Both the position numbers and the translations under genes were made by a program. Below, piece after piece: positions 51,720-64,000 of a stretch of DNA of 64,000 nucleotides. Origin of the DNA: Lama guanicoe (taxonomy: Eukaryota); the NCBI GenBank assembly GCA_013239625.1, contig MU053934.1:279241-343240 (forward strand). The letters are read 5' to 3'. Positions within the stretch are counted from its first letter, which is position 1. Each line of letters starts with the position of its first letter. The notes beneath the pieces are model-generated. The model made no database searches and was not told where the DNA came from. It saw only the letters and a program-made list of their open reading frames with translations.

Positions 51720-54226
51720 TTGGTCCTATGTCTCCACCTAGATACAAAGAGCAAGCAAGCCCTGGCAGGTAAGGTTCCCAAGTCCACGGACATCTGCATG
51801 TCACACTCCCCTGCCATCCCTGAGGACTGGGATGTTCTTTTATTAAAGGAGCCGGTGGGGTTGCTATGCGAGCCCGAAGCGGGAAGGCACCTGTTCTGTT
51901 ACCTCGGCTGCCTCACAAACGTGCGTGGTAAGTTCCTTTGAACAGCCTTCACGCGGGTTTCCTTCTGATTGTCGCAACCAAGGTCTGATTATCCAGAAGT
52001 GGTCTGATTACATCCCCTGAAGTCTTAACATGTGTAGCCCCGAGGAAACAATGTCAGATTTGAAGTTCTGCTGACCTGAGACGGAATCCCTAGTCCGGCT
52101 CCTGGGTGGCCATGTGACTTAGGGCCCTCAGCTGCACCGTGGGCAGTGGGCCTGGGGCCAGGGGGACACCCCTGCCACCCTGGGAAGGCTGGCCCGGATC
52201 CAAGCTCAGTAAACAGGAACACCTCCCGGCTTCCACTCCCTTTCTCTTTCTGTGAGTATTTGCAGAGAAGTTACAAAATACCACATGCCACCTTCATTAA
52301 TGAGTCATGGGGAACCACCGCTGAGAAAATGGCATTTCTCCTCCTTCGGCAAAAACAACAGAGCCGTGTGGACCTCCGCTGCGTGGCTGGGGCGCCGTGT
52401 GCCTGGGGCCCGGGTGAGTCCCCCCCGCACCACGTGCCAGCTCAGAGTTTGGAGTTGACCGAGTGCCAGTCCCAGCGCAGGCTCGATCCCACAACCAGCC
52501 CAGCCCTGACCTTTTCTGGTATTTATGATGTCGGGTTGGATTTTGAGCACTGTTTGAGCTTTTGACACAAAATAAACATGTTGGCACATTTCACTGGGAG
52601 GCATGAGTGCCAGGATTTTAATCCTGTCTCCAAACACTTCTCCCAAATGCCACCTTGCCCCACCACTTCCAGGACAAAACAGCCAAGACACAATGTCTCT
52701 TTGGTTGCAGGAGCCAGCAGATCCTGGGTCAGATACTTCTGGGCAATGAATCTCGACCCCATCTGCCTCTGAGCATTACATAAGGAGCTTGGAAAGGATG
52801 GGTATCCAGCGTCCAGACCAGAAATTCTGACTTGGTTCTGGGCATCTTTCTTCGCAAGGAGCTCCCCTGATGATTCTAACCTGCAGCCCGAGCAGAGACA
52901 GTGCATTTGGGAGAAGTGAAGGGGACAGAGAGGCAGGTGATCTGGTCCAATCCCTAGGCTGGCCTCGGGGAACTGGTGGAGAAGGCGCCCAAGTTTTATA
53001 CAGGTAATGTACCACTGGAAGAGGTTAAGCAGTTCATCCAAGATCTCAGACAGGGTGGGAGTTGGACACAGGGATATCTGACCCTTTTTGTGGTCAGGAC
53101 GTCGCATCTACAAATGTCTGTATGCGAGCAGTCTTGGGCCAGAGCCTTATAATAGCCTTTTGCTGTTCTTTAGAACTCCAAGAACAGGTGGAATCAGCCC
53201 AAGAATCCAAAAATCCATAATAGAAGGCCTGAATAGATAAATAATAACACAGCCACATCACGAATACCAGGACACAGAACAAATGACCTGGTGCATAACA
53301 GGGGGAAATGGTTGCAATATGTAGTTGAAGAAAAAAAAAACACAGTATGTAGATGCTACTATAATATGATTCCAATTTATATATTTTAAAAACTTTACAT
53401 GCACAGAAAAGTGCCTGAAAGGAAATGCACACATTATGTTCACAATAAAATGTTCACAATACTCAAGTCTAGGTAGCAGAGACCCCAAGAGGGTTTTGTC
53501 TTCTTTGTGTGCTGTATACCTTCGCCCTGTTTCATCCATGACGCACACAGAAAGTGGATCCGTCCTGTGAATCTTAATGATGCCCGTGACAGAGCAGTCT
53601 ACTCTTGAAAGGGTCCAGTAAATTCTTGTTTTTACCTCTGGAGACGAAACCCTTTCACTATTAAAATAATGCCTGGGGCCACCTTTATGCTGCCTTCCCC
53701 CGTCCTGTCTGGAGTGCTCTTCTTCTGGTTCTACAAAGAAAATATATTTTCTTCCCCCAAACTAAACCTATATATATAAGAAGGGATGTCCTATGCCGAA
53801 GGGACACAAACATTTGAGGTGAGCACCTACTGTGTGCTGCTGTGAAAGGCATCAAAGCGCCATTTTGAAGAGGTATTCAAAAGCCAGCCCAAGTCCCACT
53901 GAAAGGGCTTCCAAGCCTGTCTCTGGAGATAAGAGGCTAGAACCTAACATGGGTTTGGAAGCCAAATGTTACATGTTGGGATTCTTGCTGGGCCGAGCCA
54001 GTGGGTCACCACTCACTCTCAGGAGGTCTAAATTCTCGTGGAAGTCTGTTTTGGGGCTCACTTCATCATTCCCCTGTACTCTGTGTCTGCATTCCTGCCT
54101 TAGATAGTGCTTCCTGCCTGGATGCAACCTCAGGGATGCAAGCCCCCTTGGTGACGGCAGGGCATCTGTGATCTGTTCCTTCATAGGAGCAGAAAGGGAA
54201 AAAAGAGCATCGTAGAACCAAAAGAA

Positions 54227-54646
54227 AGCCGATCCCCTCCCCCACCCAAAGGTTCACTTTCTGCAGTTTCCGTACCCATGGTCCACCGTGGTCTGAAAAT
54301 ATTAAATGGAAAATTCCAGCAATAAACAATTCATAAGTTTTAAACTGCATGCCATCCCACCTTGGCCATGAAGCATCTTTTTGTCGTGTGTCCCATCCGT
54401 TAGTCACTCAGCAGCTATTATTAGATGGACTACCACGGTATCACAACACTTGGGTTCAAGTAACCCTCATTTTACTTAATCATGGCCCCAAAGCACAAGA
54501 GCAGCGATGCTGGCAATTTGGATGATCTCTTACTGTGCCTCATTTATAAATTCAACTTTATCATCAGTAGGTACGTATAGGGTTTGGTACTAGCCTCAGT
54601 CTGGGGGGTCTTGAAACACATCCCTGCAGATAAGAGGGGACTACTG
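54227..54646 (+). mobile_element. MER44-family (Tigger7-derived) DNA transposon
   Basis: CCGTGGTCTGAAAATATTAAATGGAAAATTCCAG...TTCAAGTAACCCTCATTTTACTTAAT...GATAAGAGGGGACTACTG. Confidence 0.9.
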
Positions 54647-55810
54647 GAACCGATATTTCATCCAGGCTTGGATTGGGATGCTTGAAGGCAGAGCCAGCAG
54701 ATTTGCTGGCAGATAAATGCAGAGTGTGAGGGCAAGAAAGACATCAAAAGGGCTCATACTTTACATGGTGCTTGCTCTGTTCCTGACAGTGTGACTTTGT
54801 GTAAGATTCACAGACCTGAAAGGAACATTGAGACCACCCAGTCGAACCTACTTTACAGATTCATTCATCTTTTCACCAGTCATTCAATAAATACTTATTG
54901 AATAGATATCCTTGGATCAGAAAAGGAGAGCGACTGGCCTGAGGCTACAGGGACCGGCATCCAAGGTAAGTCCTCCCACAGCTCCATCACAAATTAAAGA
55001 CCTTCTGGATCTTTCTGTACCTTTGCAACAAGAAGCACTGCACTGGTTCACCATCTCTAAGACTCCTTCCGTGCAGTTTCTACACGTGCGCATGTCAGTC
55101 AAGCTGTGATAAAACTTCCTCTGTTTCCTACTGTTCCCATACGAGACCAGAAAGAAAATTCAGCTTTCAACATGTCACCTCTTCACGCTGACAAACACTG
55201 ACTTTCTCAGTTGATGTCCCAGGAAGGCACACACCTAATCTGCATGAATGATGACACGGTTAATGAAGCCAAACCAGGAAGAAAGCTCAGGACTGAGCCT
55301 GAGCTGGGGGCGCTGCTTACCATGAGCAGTGGCCAATTTCTCAGGGAGGAGTAATTTGTAAAAGGGAAGATGAAGGAGATTTTCAGCTAGATCAAACTTT
55401 CAACTTAGGTCACATTCGTGGATAAAGAGGCTCCAAAATCTACCTTTCCCATCTAGACAGAGCAGTCCTCTAAAATGCTAAAGGAAATATGTTCACGTGC
55501 CCCAGATTTACAAATGTCTGTTACACGCCAGTTGTGGTCACCCAGAAGGAGGAGCCTGTCTGGATGAGACACGGTGATGGGGACTTGCGGGCAGGAAGTC
55601 AGAAGAGAGCTACTTTACTTCGAACGGGTTCTATTAGCCAGCATGCTTCTTAAGGCTGCACAGGACAGAAATTTAAACTGACTTAAGAAATGAAAAAGGG
55701 AAATTTTGCTTTGGGCATGGCTGGGAACTAGAGATGGCAACGCAATATAGTCTGGAATCTGTCTCTCTTCTCCGAATCTCAGATTTGCTTGCACTCTCAG
55801 ACAGACCGGC

Positions 55811-57058
55811 TGTGCAGGAAAGAGGTAACCCCCGGCCTGAGACCGCTATCCTTAGAAAGGTCTGCTGGCCAAGCTGGCCCTTGGCCGCAATGGGTAAACT
55901 TGGGTTCCAGGAAGCTTCCCACTATTTCCTGGGAAGAATGGCCCAATGCATCTAAAGCTGCTTGTGTGACCATCACGGTTTTTGATAAACACCTGCTTTC
56001 TTTCCAGGAGTCGGGGATTTTGTTATGTGTTGGAGGATGCCTACGTGGCCAGCCCTCACCAAAGCATCCTGGGTGCTGAGTTTTTCTTTTTCTTTTTTTT
56101 AATTGAAGTATAGTTGATTTACAATGCTTTGTTAATTTCTGGTTACAGCACAGTGATTCAATTATACATATATATTCCTTTTCATAGTCATTCTCATTAG
56201 AGGTTACTACAAGATATTGAATACAGTTCCCTGTGCTGTACGGTAGGACCATGTTGTTTACCTACTTTATATACAGTAGTTAGCATCTGCAAATCCCAAA
56301 CTCTCCCTGCATTCCATGTCTCCTTTCCCCTGGTAACCATAAGTTTGTTTCCTATGTCTGTGAGTCTGTTTCTGTTTAGCAAGTAAGTTCATTTATGTCA
56401 TTTTTTTTTTTAGATTCTCTATATATGTGTTTTTCCTTCTCTTTCTGGCTTACTTCACTAAGTATGACAATCTTCAGGTCCATCTATGTTGCCATAAAAG
56501 GCATTATTTAATTCTTTTTTATGGCTGAGTAGTATTCCATTGTATAAATATTCCACAACTTCTTTATCCAGTCATCTGTCAGTGGACACTCAGGTGGCTT
56601 CCATGTCTTGGCTATTGTAAATAGTGCTGCTATGAACACAGGGGTGCATGTATCTTTTCAATTTAGAGTTCTTTCTAGATATAAGCCCAGGAGTGGGATT
56701 GCTGGATCATATGTAAGTCTATTTTCAGTTTTTTAAGGAACCTCTGTACTGTTTTCCATAATGGCTGGGGTGCTGAGTTTATAATGAGCTTCCCTGGTGG
56801 ACAGCATTTTATACATGTTGCCACAACTCATTGCTGGACGAATGAAGTGTGTCCTATGTGGACTCTGCTGGGAGAGGATTCTGGAAGCCTGAGCCTCATT
56901 ATCCCCAGACCTCCCTCCATGGGCCCTTTCCCTTTGCTGAGTTTTCTTTGTGTCCTTTGTTGTAATAAGTCATAGCCATGAGTGTGGTGCATGCTGAGTC
57001 CTGTGAGTCCTGCTAACAAACCACTGAATCTTGGGGTGCTCTTGGGGACCCCCGAACA
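55811..57058 (+). mobile_element. MER68-like ERVL solo LTR split by an L1
   Basis: Starts TGTGCAGGAAAGAGGTAAC...GGCCTGAGACCGCTATCCTTAGAAAGG; ends CTTGGGGACCCCCGAACA. Confidence 0.85.
56084..56767 (-). mobile_element. 5'-truncated cetartiodactyl L1 (ORF2 end plus 3' UTR)
   Basis: Antisense encodes YDPAIPLLG and DTCTPVFIAALFTIAKTWK; poly-T at left end; perfect 13-bp TSD GGGTGCTGAGTTT at 56071-56083 and 56768-56780. Confidence 0.97.
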
Positions 57059-57479
57059 GTAGCAAGATGACTGATGGAGGTTCCAGTCTCACCTCCTCAG
57101 TTTAGCAGCTGCACTAGAAAATCCTTCCCAGAAGTTCCAGCAAAAATCCTTGGTCCATGCTCATTAGCTGTGACTGGCCCAGCTCTGCGCACATAACCAC
57201 CCTGAAGCAATCACCAGAGCCAGGGAGAGGGCTGCCGTCCCGCTGTTGGACGGGACTGGGTCCCACCCTTTTCCTGCAGCCAGGGATGGGATTGTCACCC
57301 CTTATGCACACTGAAAACCAACTAAGGCAAGGAGAGGCACGGTTTTCAAAAGAAAAAGGGGCATTCTGCTGAGGCTGGTGGAAGGGGGACATGGAAGCTG
57401 AGCAGGTGAAGCATTTCTATCACAGGGGCACGTGTGCGATGTGCTACGAGGAAGCACCTGCTATCTAGTTAAACATCTA

Positions 57480-58400
57480 CCACCACTATCCCAGCATCAT
57501 ACAGGTCAAAGAGCTGAACTCATTTTCTCACTCTAGGTCTATGCTTTCTCTTATATTCCCCACCCAGCCTGCTAAACGGGGAAGCCAAGGTCATCTACAC
57601 ATCTTTTCTCTCTTATACTACATCTTACCAGGACACTCATTTTTAATTGATTAAAATTAAAATTTTGCTGCATCCCACCTCTGCCTCAGTCCAGGTAATG
57701 ACCATGTCTTTCTCGGATTATTGACATGGCTGACTAATTGGCCTCCATTTTTAGTTTTGCACCATCCAACCCATCCCCTCCTCGCCAGTACCATCACCTT
57801 TCTATGCTGAGGACTGACTGGTCTGGTTAGAATCACTCTGCTCCTTAGAGACGTCAGTGGATCCTCACTGTCTTCTGGAAAAGCCCAAACTCCTTGGTGT
57901 GGCATGCCACACCACACCCTCCATGGTCTAGCTCTGCCTACTTTTTAATCTTCCATCACACTCCCCATCCATCCTCCCATATTTGATTCTTTGTATAAAA
58001 TATACCTGCCTTAGGGAACCCCCTGAAGTTCAGGCAGCATGCCATGCTGTTTCATGGCTTCATGAGTTTGGTCCATTTTGTTCTCCCTGGTCCTGGTTTT
58101 CAACATGGACATCTCCAGCCAATCCACAAGACCAATGCATCTCATGTTGCGGGTGACATCTTTCCCAGTCCCCAAAGTTAATTCTCCCCTCTAGGACAGC
58201 ATCACTGTGCTTGGTACATGCCTCCCCCATGTCTCACCACAGTCCTTTCTCAGAATTGTCTGCCCTTCTGAACTCTCAACTAGAGCATCATCTCCATGAA
58301 GGCAGGTGTGTCCTCTTATCCATTCTTACAGCTCAGTACTGACTTTGAGACCGACAAGGAGCAGGGCTTAAAAACCTGTGGGATGAACTGACAAATGAAA
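57480..58400 (+). mobile_element. L2 LINE fragment
   Basis: GGAAAAGCCCAAACTCCTTGGTGTGGCAT...CTCCATGAAGGCAGG...GATGAACTGACAAATGAA. Confidence 0.75.
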
Positions 58401-58404
58401 GCGA

Positions 58405-58760
58405 CAGGCTGAGTGAGATCCTGGCTCTTGCTGTTATCACTCAGATGATTTGGGTATGTTGTTTAACCTTTTAAAGCACCGATTCGCCTTGTAAAATGGG
58501 GATTGAACATGTCAGGATTGTTGTAAGGATGAAAGGAGCTAATGTATGTGGAACATCTTAGCCTTCCCTGCACAGTCTGGATTGTACCAGGCATCTTCTC
58601 AAAGCCAGTTCCCACCTCCCCCCAAGGTGTCCCATATTAATGTGAGATATGAATCGTAAGGGAAACTGGGTGCAAGGTACGTGGAAACTCTGCACTATCT
58701 TCAACATTTTTCTGTAAAATCAAAACCTGTCCCCAAATTTTAAAAGTCCACTTAAGAAAA
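58405..58760 (+). mobile_element. MIR (about 58405-58560) followed by an L1MC/MD-type 3' tip (about 58635-58760)
   Basis: TGTAAAATGGGGATTG...GGATTGTTGTAAGGATGAAAGG; GGGAAACTGGGTGCAAGGTACGTGGAAACTCTGCACTATCTT. Confidence 0.75.
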
Positions 58761-59923
58761 AGTAAGTTTCATCACTGCCAGCCAAACCCCTCCTTCCTTC
58801 CTTCTCAATCCTCACCCCACAAAGCCCTTCAAGGGGTGCCTTTTTTTTTTTAAATATCCTAGTATCACATTATTAAAAAAAAGATTATTGGCCTGATTTG
58901 GGAAATCCTCTTTTTTATCTTATAAGAAGTTTTGCTATCATGGGATATGATCTTTTGACATCTAAGCAGTAAAGATGTCCCAAACTGTCATACCTTCTTT
59001 GTCCCTGAGACCTATCAAAAAGCCAACGAGGAAACAGGAACCCAAGCCTCCTTGTCTAATGGCGAAGGTTACGTGTGAAAAAAATATCCTTCTGCTTCTA
59101 GGGAAGCTGGTGATTTGACGTGGTCCTTTGCTGGCTGACAGTGTTCCCTTAAACGGTCCCTCCATCCATCACAATAAGGGATCGGCACACACAAGTCTGC
59201 CCACTGCACTCTTCCAGATGGGCAAGCCCAGCGCAACACATGGAGGAGAACAGCTATTTGTCTTCCCTGACAGGCCACGTCCGTCCTTGTCATAGACTAT
59301 GTGCTGCTAATAATCTATGTATATGCATTTGGGAGGAAAAAAAAATTGTGTCCTTGTGACGGTCACAGGATAACACGCGCCGACGCCCTCTCTTCACGAG
59401 TATGTAGATGAGCAGCACGTTGGTTTCCTCTTGTAATTTTGAGGGAATATCATAAATTCCAGTGGGTCCGACCCAAATCTACGGCATCAGTGCATTTGAG
59501 ACTGATCAATTCAATCATATTTCCCCTTGGTATCACATTTCCTCCCAGGTACAAGGGAACGAATGCATTTATTTATCTTCTGAAAGAGGAAATTCACTAC
59601 TGACTTATTCAACTATCTGTAGGCGTGAAGAGGAGAAAAGTCACAGTTCGAGCAGTTTGGCGGCCAGGGCTGAGTATAAAACAGAAGGGGAAGAAGTCTG
59701 AAGCACACATAGTAGGCGCCTGAGCACAGGGCTGATTCAGAACGTCATTCAAAGGGCACATGGTTAGGGGGCCTTCAAGATTTGAACCAATAAACAAGTG
59801 GTAGGAAGTTCAGATTTCATTTTTTTCTTTGGGGCTAGCCATTATCAAATGGCTAAAACCACCAACACCATCATCACCTGACTGTTCCTACACCTTTTTA
59901 TCGGTGATGGTGGGTCACTAAGG

Positions 59924-60102
59924 AAGTGGTTCTCAGTAGAGAAAGATTTTGCATCTCAGGGGACATTTAATGATCCCGGGGATACTTTTGGTTGTCACAA
60001 CTGGCATGTAGTGAGTAGAGGCTAGGGATGGGCAGGGCAGCCCCCTACAACAATGAATTATCCAGCCCCAAATGCCAATAGTGCTGAGGTAAAGAAACTC
60101 TG
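59924..60102 (+). mobile_element. MER20 hAT-Charlie DNA transposon (internally shortened)
   Basis: TTTTGGTTGTCACAACTGG...ATCCAGCCCCAAATGCCAATAGTGCTGAGG; degraded TSD CACTAAGG / CATTAAAG. Confidence 0.92.
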
Positions 60103-61179
60103 CATTAAAGTCATGATTCTCAGAGCATCGGTGCTGTCCAGGTGTTGCTAGGGGATGGGAGTGGGCCTTGGACCTGCACAATTTGGAAAGACACTACAGG
60201 TAATCCTTATTAGCCACCCTCCACCTGGCAATCAGAATTACTGCTCAGAGAGCACAGCTGTAAATGGCCATCAGGTTACTACTTGGCTGTCACAAAATAC
60301 AATCTGTATTTTACTATATAGACTAGGAGCAGAGCTAACCTTCCTAGAAGACCCCTTTGGCCCAGATACTGGTAGAATAAACAAGAAAAAGAAAAAAAAC
60401 AGTTTCCTTTCTGAGCACATGATTCTAAAGATGGGCTTCGTCCTTCTCCACAAACTTACTCTAACAAGTATTTGCTTCTTGCCTCTTCCCACTACCTGAT
60501 CTGCACCTGTCTCTCACTGTCACTCCCACTAAGTCTCTTGTGCCTTAATTTGGTCCCAATCTGCTCCCTTACCCTCCCTTCCCCCGAAGTGACCTAGGAA
60601 AGTGCTACCCCTCCCATGTATCCATGAATAGCAACATTCACGATCAAAATCTCCTTGACTCAAGGCAGCTCACGTCAGCTAAATGTCAGAGAAGCGATCT
60701 AGCTAAACAGTTCACATTAATAGCAGGAAACCCTAAAATGGGCCCAGAAGTATCTGATTTTTTCCAATAAGGATGAGTTAGTCACATGAATTTCTAATGG
60801 ACCGGGCATTAGAGAACATAAACTTGTGCTATGTAGGTGCTCAGTAAATATTTATTGAGTATCTGAATGAGTGAGAAATGGGCAGAGTCACTTCCTGGAG
60901 TTTTAGGTTTAATCCTTAAACTTTTCAGTAGCTTTTCCTGAAATTTTTAAAAAAATCCAAACTGTTTCCATTCCATGACCTGACGGCCCCTGTCCTCCAC
61001 TCTCTCCATGCCCAACACATAGATAAAGATCCACTTCCAAGAAACAAGTGGTCAGTCTCACAAGGGGAGGGCCAGGCCCATCCGGAGGTGGTAACCATTC
61101 CAACATGTGAGACACAAGCAAGGTATTTACCCAAAATACCAAGAGCACAATGTCCCAGGACCTTGTGGTCACACAATAA

Positions 61180-61211
61180 AAGACCCTAAGACACTAAGAC
61201 CCTAAGATCCT
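61180..61211 (+). repeat. Four-copy 8-bp tandem repeat
   Basis: AAGACCCT AAGACACT AAGACCCT AAGATCCT. Confidence 0.85.
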
Positions 61212-61899
61212 TCTCTTTCACTGATTTGAATCAGCCTCCCAATTCAGCTCTTCATTCTCCAGTCCAGAGCCACACTCACCGTCCAACTCTCTTCTCCACC
61301 ACTCTAGGATAAATGGAAAAGCTAGAGAAACAATAAAAACAGTAACGCCGTATTCTCTGGATTCTTAGAGGCCACTGAATGTAGGATATAGCAAAACGTT
61401 TTCCACAAGAAAAAATGTTCATCAGTCAAGTTGACTTGGTAAGTTACATGTTAATTTCAGAAATGGTAACATGTAGGGGAAAAAGAACCAAAAACCTTGC
61501 ATCAAAGAACTGAGCTTATATAACAAACACCTGCCAAGGACCAGGTGAATTACATATGTTGCTTCCAAAACATTGTTCCCATTAAGCCTGAGAAACCAAG
61601 GAGTAGATTGCACGGGAGAGCCAGGCCTCTACCCAGGTCCCTGGGGGACTGTCACCCACCCCAGCCTCTGCTCTCCCCACTGAGACACGCAGCCAGCTCT
61701 TTCCAATCAGGACAGAATCCTGACTCTCATTCGCTTGTAACCCTCCTTCCAGGCCTGTCTTCATCGTGACTGAGGATATCTGGGGGGCTCTCCTTACTCA
61801 TGCGGACTGTTATCATCTCCTTTAAGCTCAAAGACCCTCCCCACCCAAATCTTTCAGGTGTGATGACAGCTGCCTTACTGTGATGACGGCGAAATGGCT

Positions 61900-62110
61900 C
61901 TAATGACAGTAAGAGCAGCAGCGAGACATTGTTAGTGCTCACGCGGTGTCAGGTGTTGCGCCGAGACATTCTATGTATCATCACACATCACCCTCACGGC
62001 GTTACCATCCCCACTTTGCTGGCAGGAATCAGCGGTTCAGAGATTTGAGAAGTGTCAAGGTTATAAAGACGGTGAGAGGCTGGATGGGGAGCAACCCTAA
62101 GGAAAGACTC
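61900..62110 (-). mobile_element. MIR SINE
   Basis: ACATTGTTAGTGCTCAC...CCATCCCCACTTTGC...TTCAGAGATTTGAG. Confidence 0.7.
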
Positions 62111-62729
62111 GGATGTCTCTGTCCTGTCACCCTGGGAATGGACACTTGAGTTGGGTAAGGAAGAGGGGAAAGAAATACAACACAGCTACTTCTAGAAATC
62201 TGTCTTTCCTCCTCTTCCCCATGAGCCTCAGTGTCCTCCAGCTCGCTTCACAGAGGACCTGGTCCCTGTGCATGAAGGCACATCACACAATGCACGGAAG
62301 CCCCGCCTCCCCTGTTGGGGGAACAGTGTGGCTGTCTGGCCCCATCCCAGGAGGAGCACAGACCTGACACTCAGGATGTGGCTGGCTTGATGATAAAGTG
62401 GCAGTTTGGGGCAGGAGGTGACATCACTCACTGGGGATGGGCTGCAGGCTCAGGGGCTCCAAACACATCCAAGGTGAGCTCAGGGATCTTCCTCTGATGG
62501 GTTCTGCTCCCCCTCCTTGCTGCTCACAGCTTGCCTGTCACACCTTGCCCAGCCTTTGGACTTGCTGATCCCCACCTGCCACCACCCAACTGGCCTCCTA
62601 ACAGATGCGGCAAATCCAGCCAGGGAGGCACAGGGCTGGCATCCCCAGGTTCTACACCCTAAGTCCAGCAAAGGAAAACTGTCATAACCTGGTGGGACCA
62701 TCTTAATAAAACAGCTCTATTTTCATCCC

Positions 62730-63660
62730 TAAAAGGAAACACCTCAAGACAGCTTCAGCCCGGACTTCTCTGTAAGGCCCAGACCCGTCACTTTATCTCC
62801 GTACATTCAAGACTGAACTTGTCATCCGGGTCCACTCAGCCTCCCTGTCCATCTCTAACCCAGGTCCTCCTCTTGCCCCCAAGGACAACATCCTGCCTCA
62901 GGCCACTATCCTATTTTGCTTGGACCACCGCAGTAGCCAGCCTCCCACCTACTATCTGAACTGTCTTCCAAGGCCCTGGTTTCCTGCTTCAGATTTCAGA
63001 TCATCCCACACTCCAGCCAAAGCAACCTTTCAAATCTGAAAATCTAGTATCCTTTTCTGTCCCTGAAACTCTGAACAGTCTTTCAGTTACCTTTGGGTGA
63101 AACCCAAAGCTGTAACTTATAAAACCTTTCGTAGTTCTCTGGCCTTATTTTTAGAATCACATGCCTTATTCATTTAGTCCAGAAACCATGTACTGAGCGC
63201 CCTTCCTCTGCCAGGCATTGTCTCAGGTGCCGGGAAAGCGTCGGGAGCAAGGCAGACAGAACAAGGCCTCTCCCCGTGTGGTGCTTCTGTCTCAGCAGGA
63301 AAGACACAGGAGCCCGGTGAAGCCAGCCGTGTCCCTGGGACCTGGGTCCGTGCTGCTCGCTGCGGGGAGCAGAACGGCCATCTCAGTAAGTAACTATTAA
63401 CTGGATGAGAAGGTGAGGGGTGCCGTCACAAAGGTGAAGTGAGCGGGGTGAGAAGGACGGGACGCAGGGGATCTCAGGACGCAGGATTAAAGGGGACAGT
63501 CGGGGGGAATCTGGCTGAGAAGCTGAGATTTGAGCAAAGACTTAAAGGGACTTATGGCAGCAAGACAGGGAGAGGTCTGGGGTCCAAGCGGCCCCCGCAG
63601 GTGGACATCAGAGCAAAGGACCAAAGGCAGAGGCCACCTGGCCTGTTTGAGGAGCAGAGT
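62730..63660. mobile_element. Two L2 fragments (about 62730-63140 on +, 63165-63660 on -)
   Basis: CCACACTCCAGCCAAAGCAACCTTTCAAA (+); TACTGAGCGCC...GATTTGAGCAAAGACTTAAAGG (-). Confidence 0.75.
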
Positions 63661-64000
63661 TAATGTTTCTTTCAGGGTCTGCACCACCCTCTCTGGGCCT
63701 CAGGTCTTTGGATACGACACCCCCCCACCTAAGTGGGGCCATGGAGGCTGAGGTCCCCATGCCTCTTCCCTGCGGAAGCCTCCCTGACCTCCCAGCCCAC
63801 CTGGCCAGGATTGCATTCCCCAAAATGTGATTCCACTTCACGCTGGATTCTGCCTTTCAAGGTACTTTCCGCATAACGTGACTGTGTGTTAAGCTGGATT
63901 TAGAATCCAGCGGCTAAAAGTGAGGGCTCTGAGGTCAGCCTGGGGTCAGCCTGGCTTCTATCCAGGCTCTGCCACTGCCTCATTGCCTGGTCTTGGGCAA

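Noticed and set aside
52523..53107. Longest ORF (194 aa, minus strand)
   Set aside because: It crosses a MER5-like fragment near 52770-52900 and resembles no protein I recognise.
54940..54972. Consensus donor AAG|GTAAGT
   Set aside because: The nearest upstream acceptor lies in an L2 fragment, and isolated donors are common.
56786..56802. GAGCTTCCCTGGTGG resembling the head of a CHR/Bov SINE
   Set aside because: The downstream sequence continues as the MER68-like LTR, not as a tRNA-derived SINE.
61106..61173. Imperfect inverted repeat (TGTGAGACACAAG / CTTGTGGTCACA) with an inner GGTATTT/AAATACC stem
   Set aside because: The pairing is too short and discontinuous for a pre-miRNA or MITE, and is compatible with chance.
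60..63841. All ORFs in the supplied six-frame track (60-194 aa)
   Set aside because: They are short, overlap on both strands, often lie within repeats and show no recognisable domains. This is expected noise in mammalian non-coding DNA.

Overview
This is mammalian nuclear DNA, intronic or intergenic. It is not prokaryotic, and I found no rRNA, tRNA, CRISPR array or recognisable protein-coding gene. The supplied ORFs are short chance frames, many inside repeats. A large part of the window is interspersed repeat. Ancient families include MIR SINEs, L2 and L1M LINE fragments, MaLR/ERVL solo LTRs (MLT1, MER21, MER68) and hAT/Tigger fossils (MER3, MER5A, MER20, MER45A, MER81, MER44, Tigger1-derived). 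Younger elements are cetartiodactyl-type L1 3' ends and two ERV1-like solo LTRs. The L1 tail type, plus no Alu, CHR, Bov or PRE1 SINE seen, suggests a camelid; this is an inference. Several insertions keep target-site duplications (TSDs) and are nested. Unique stretches hold a few candidate regulatory elements and micro-exons. I see no convincing new biological system, so the findings are modest and testable. Repeat family names come from recalled consensus sequences, not a database search. Boundaries without a TSD or terminal repeat are approximate.
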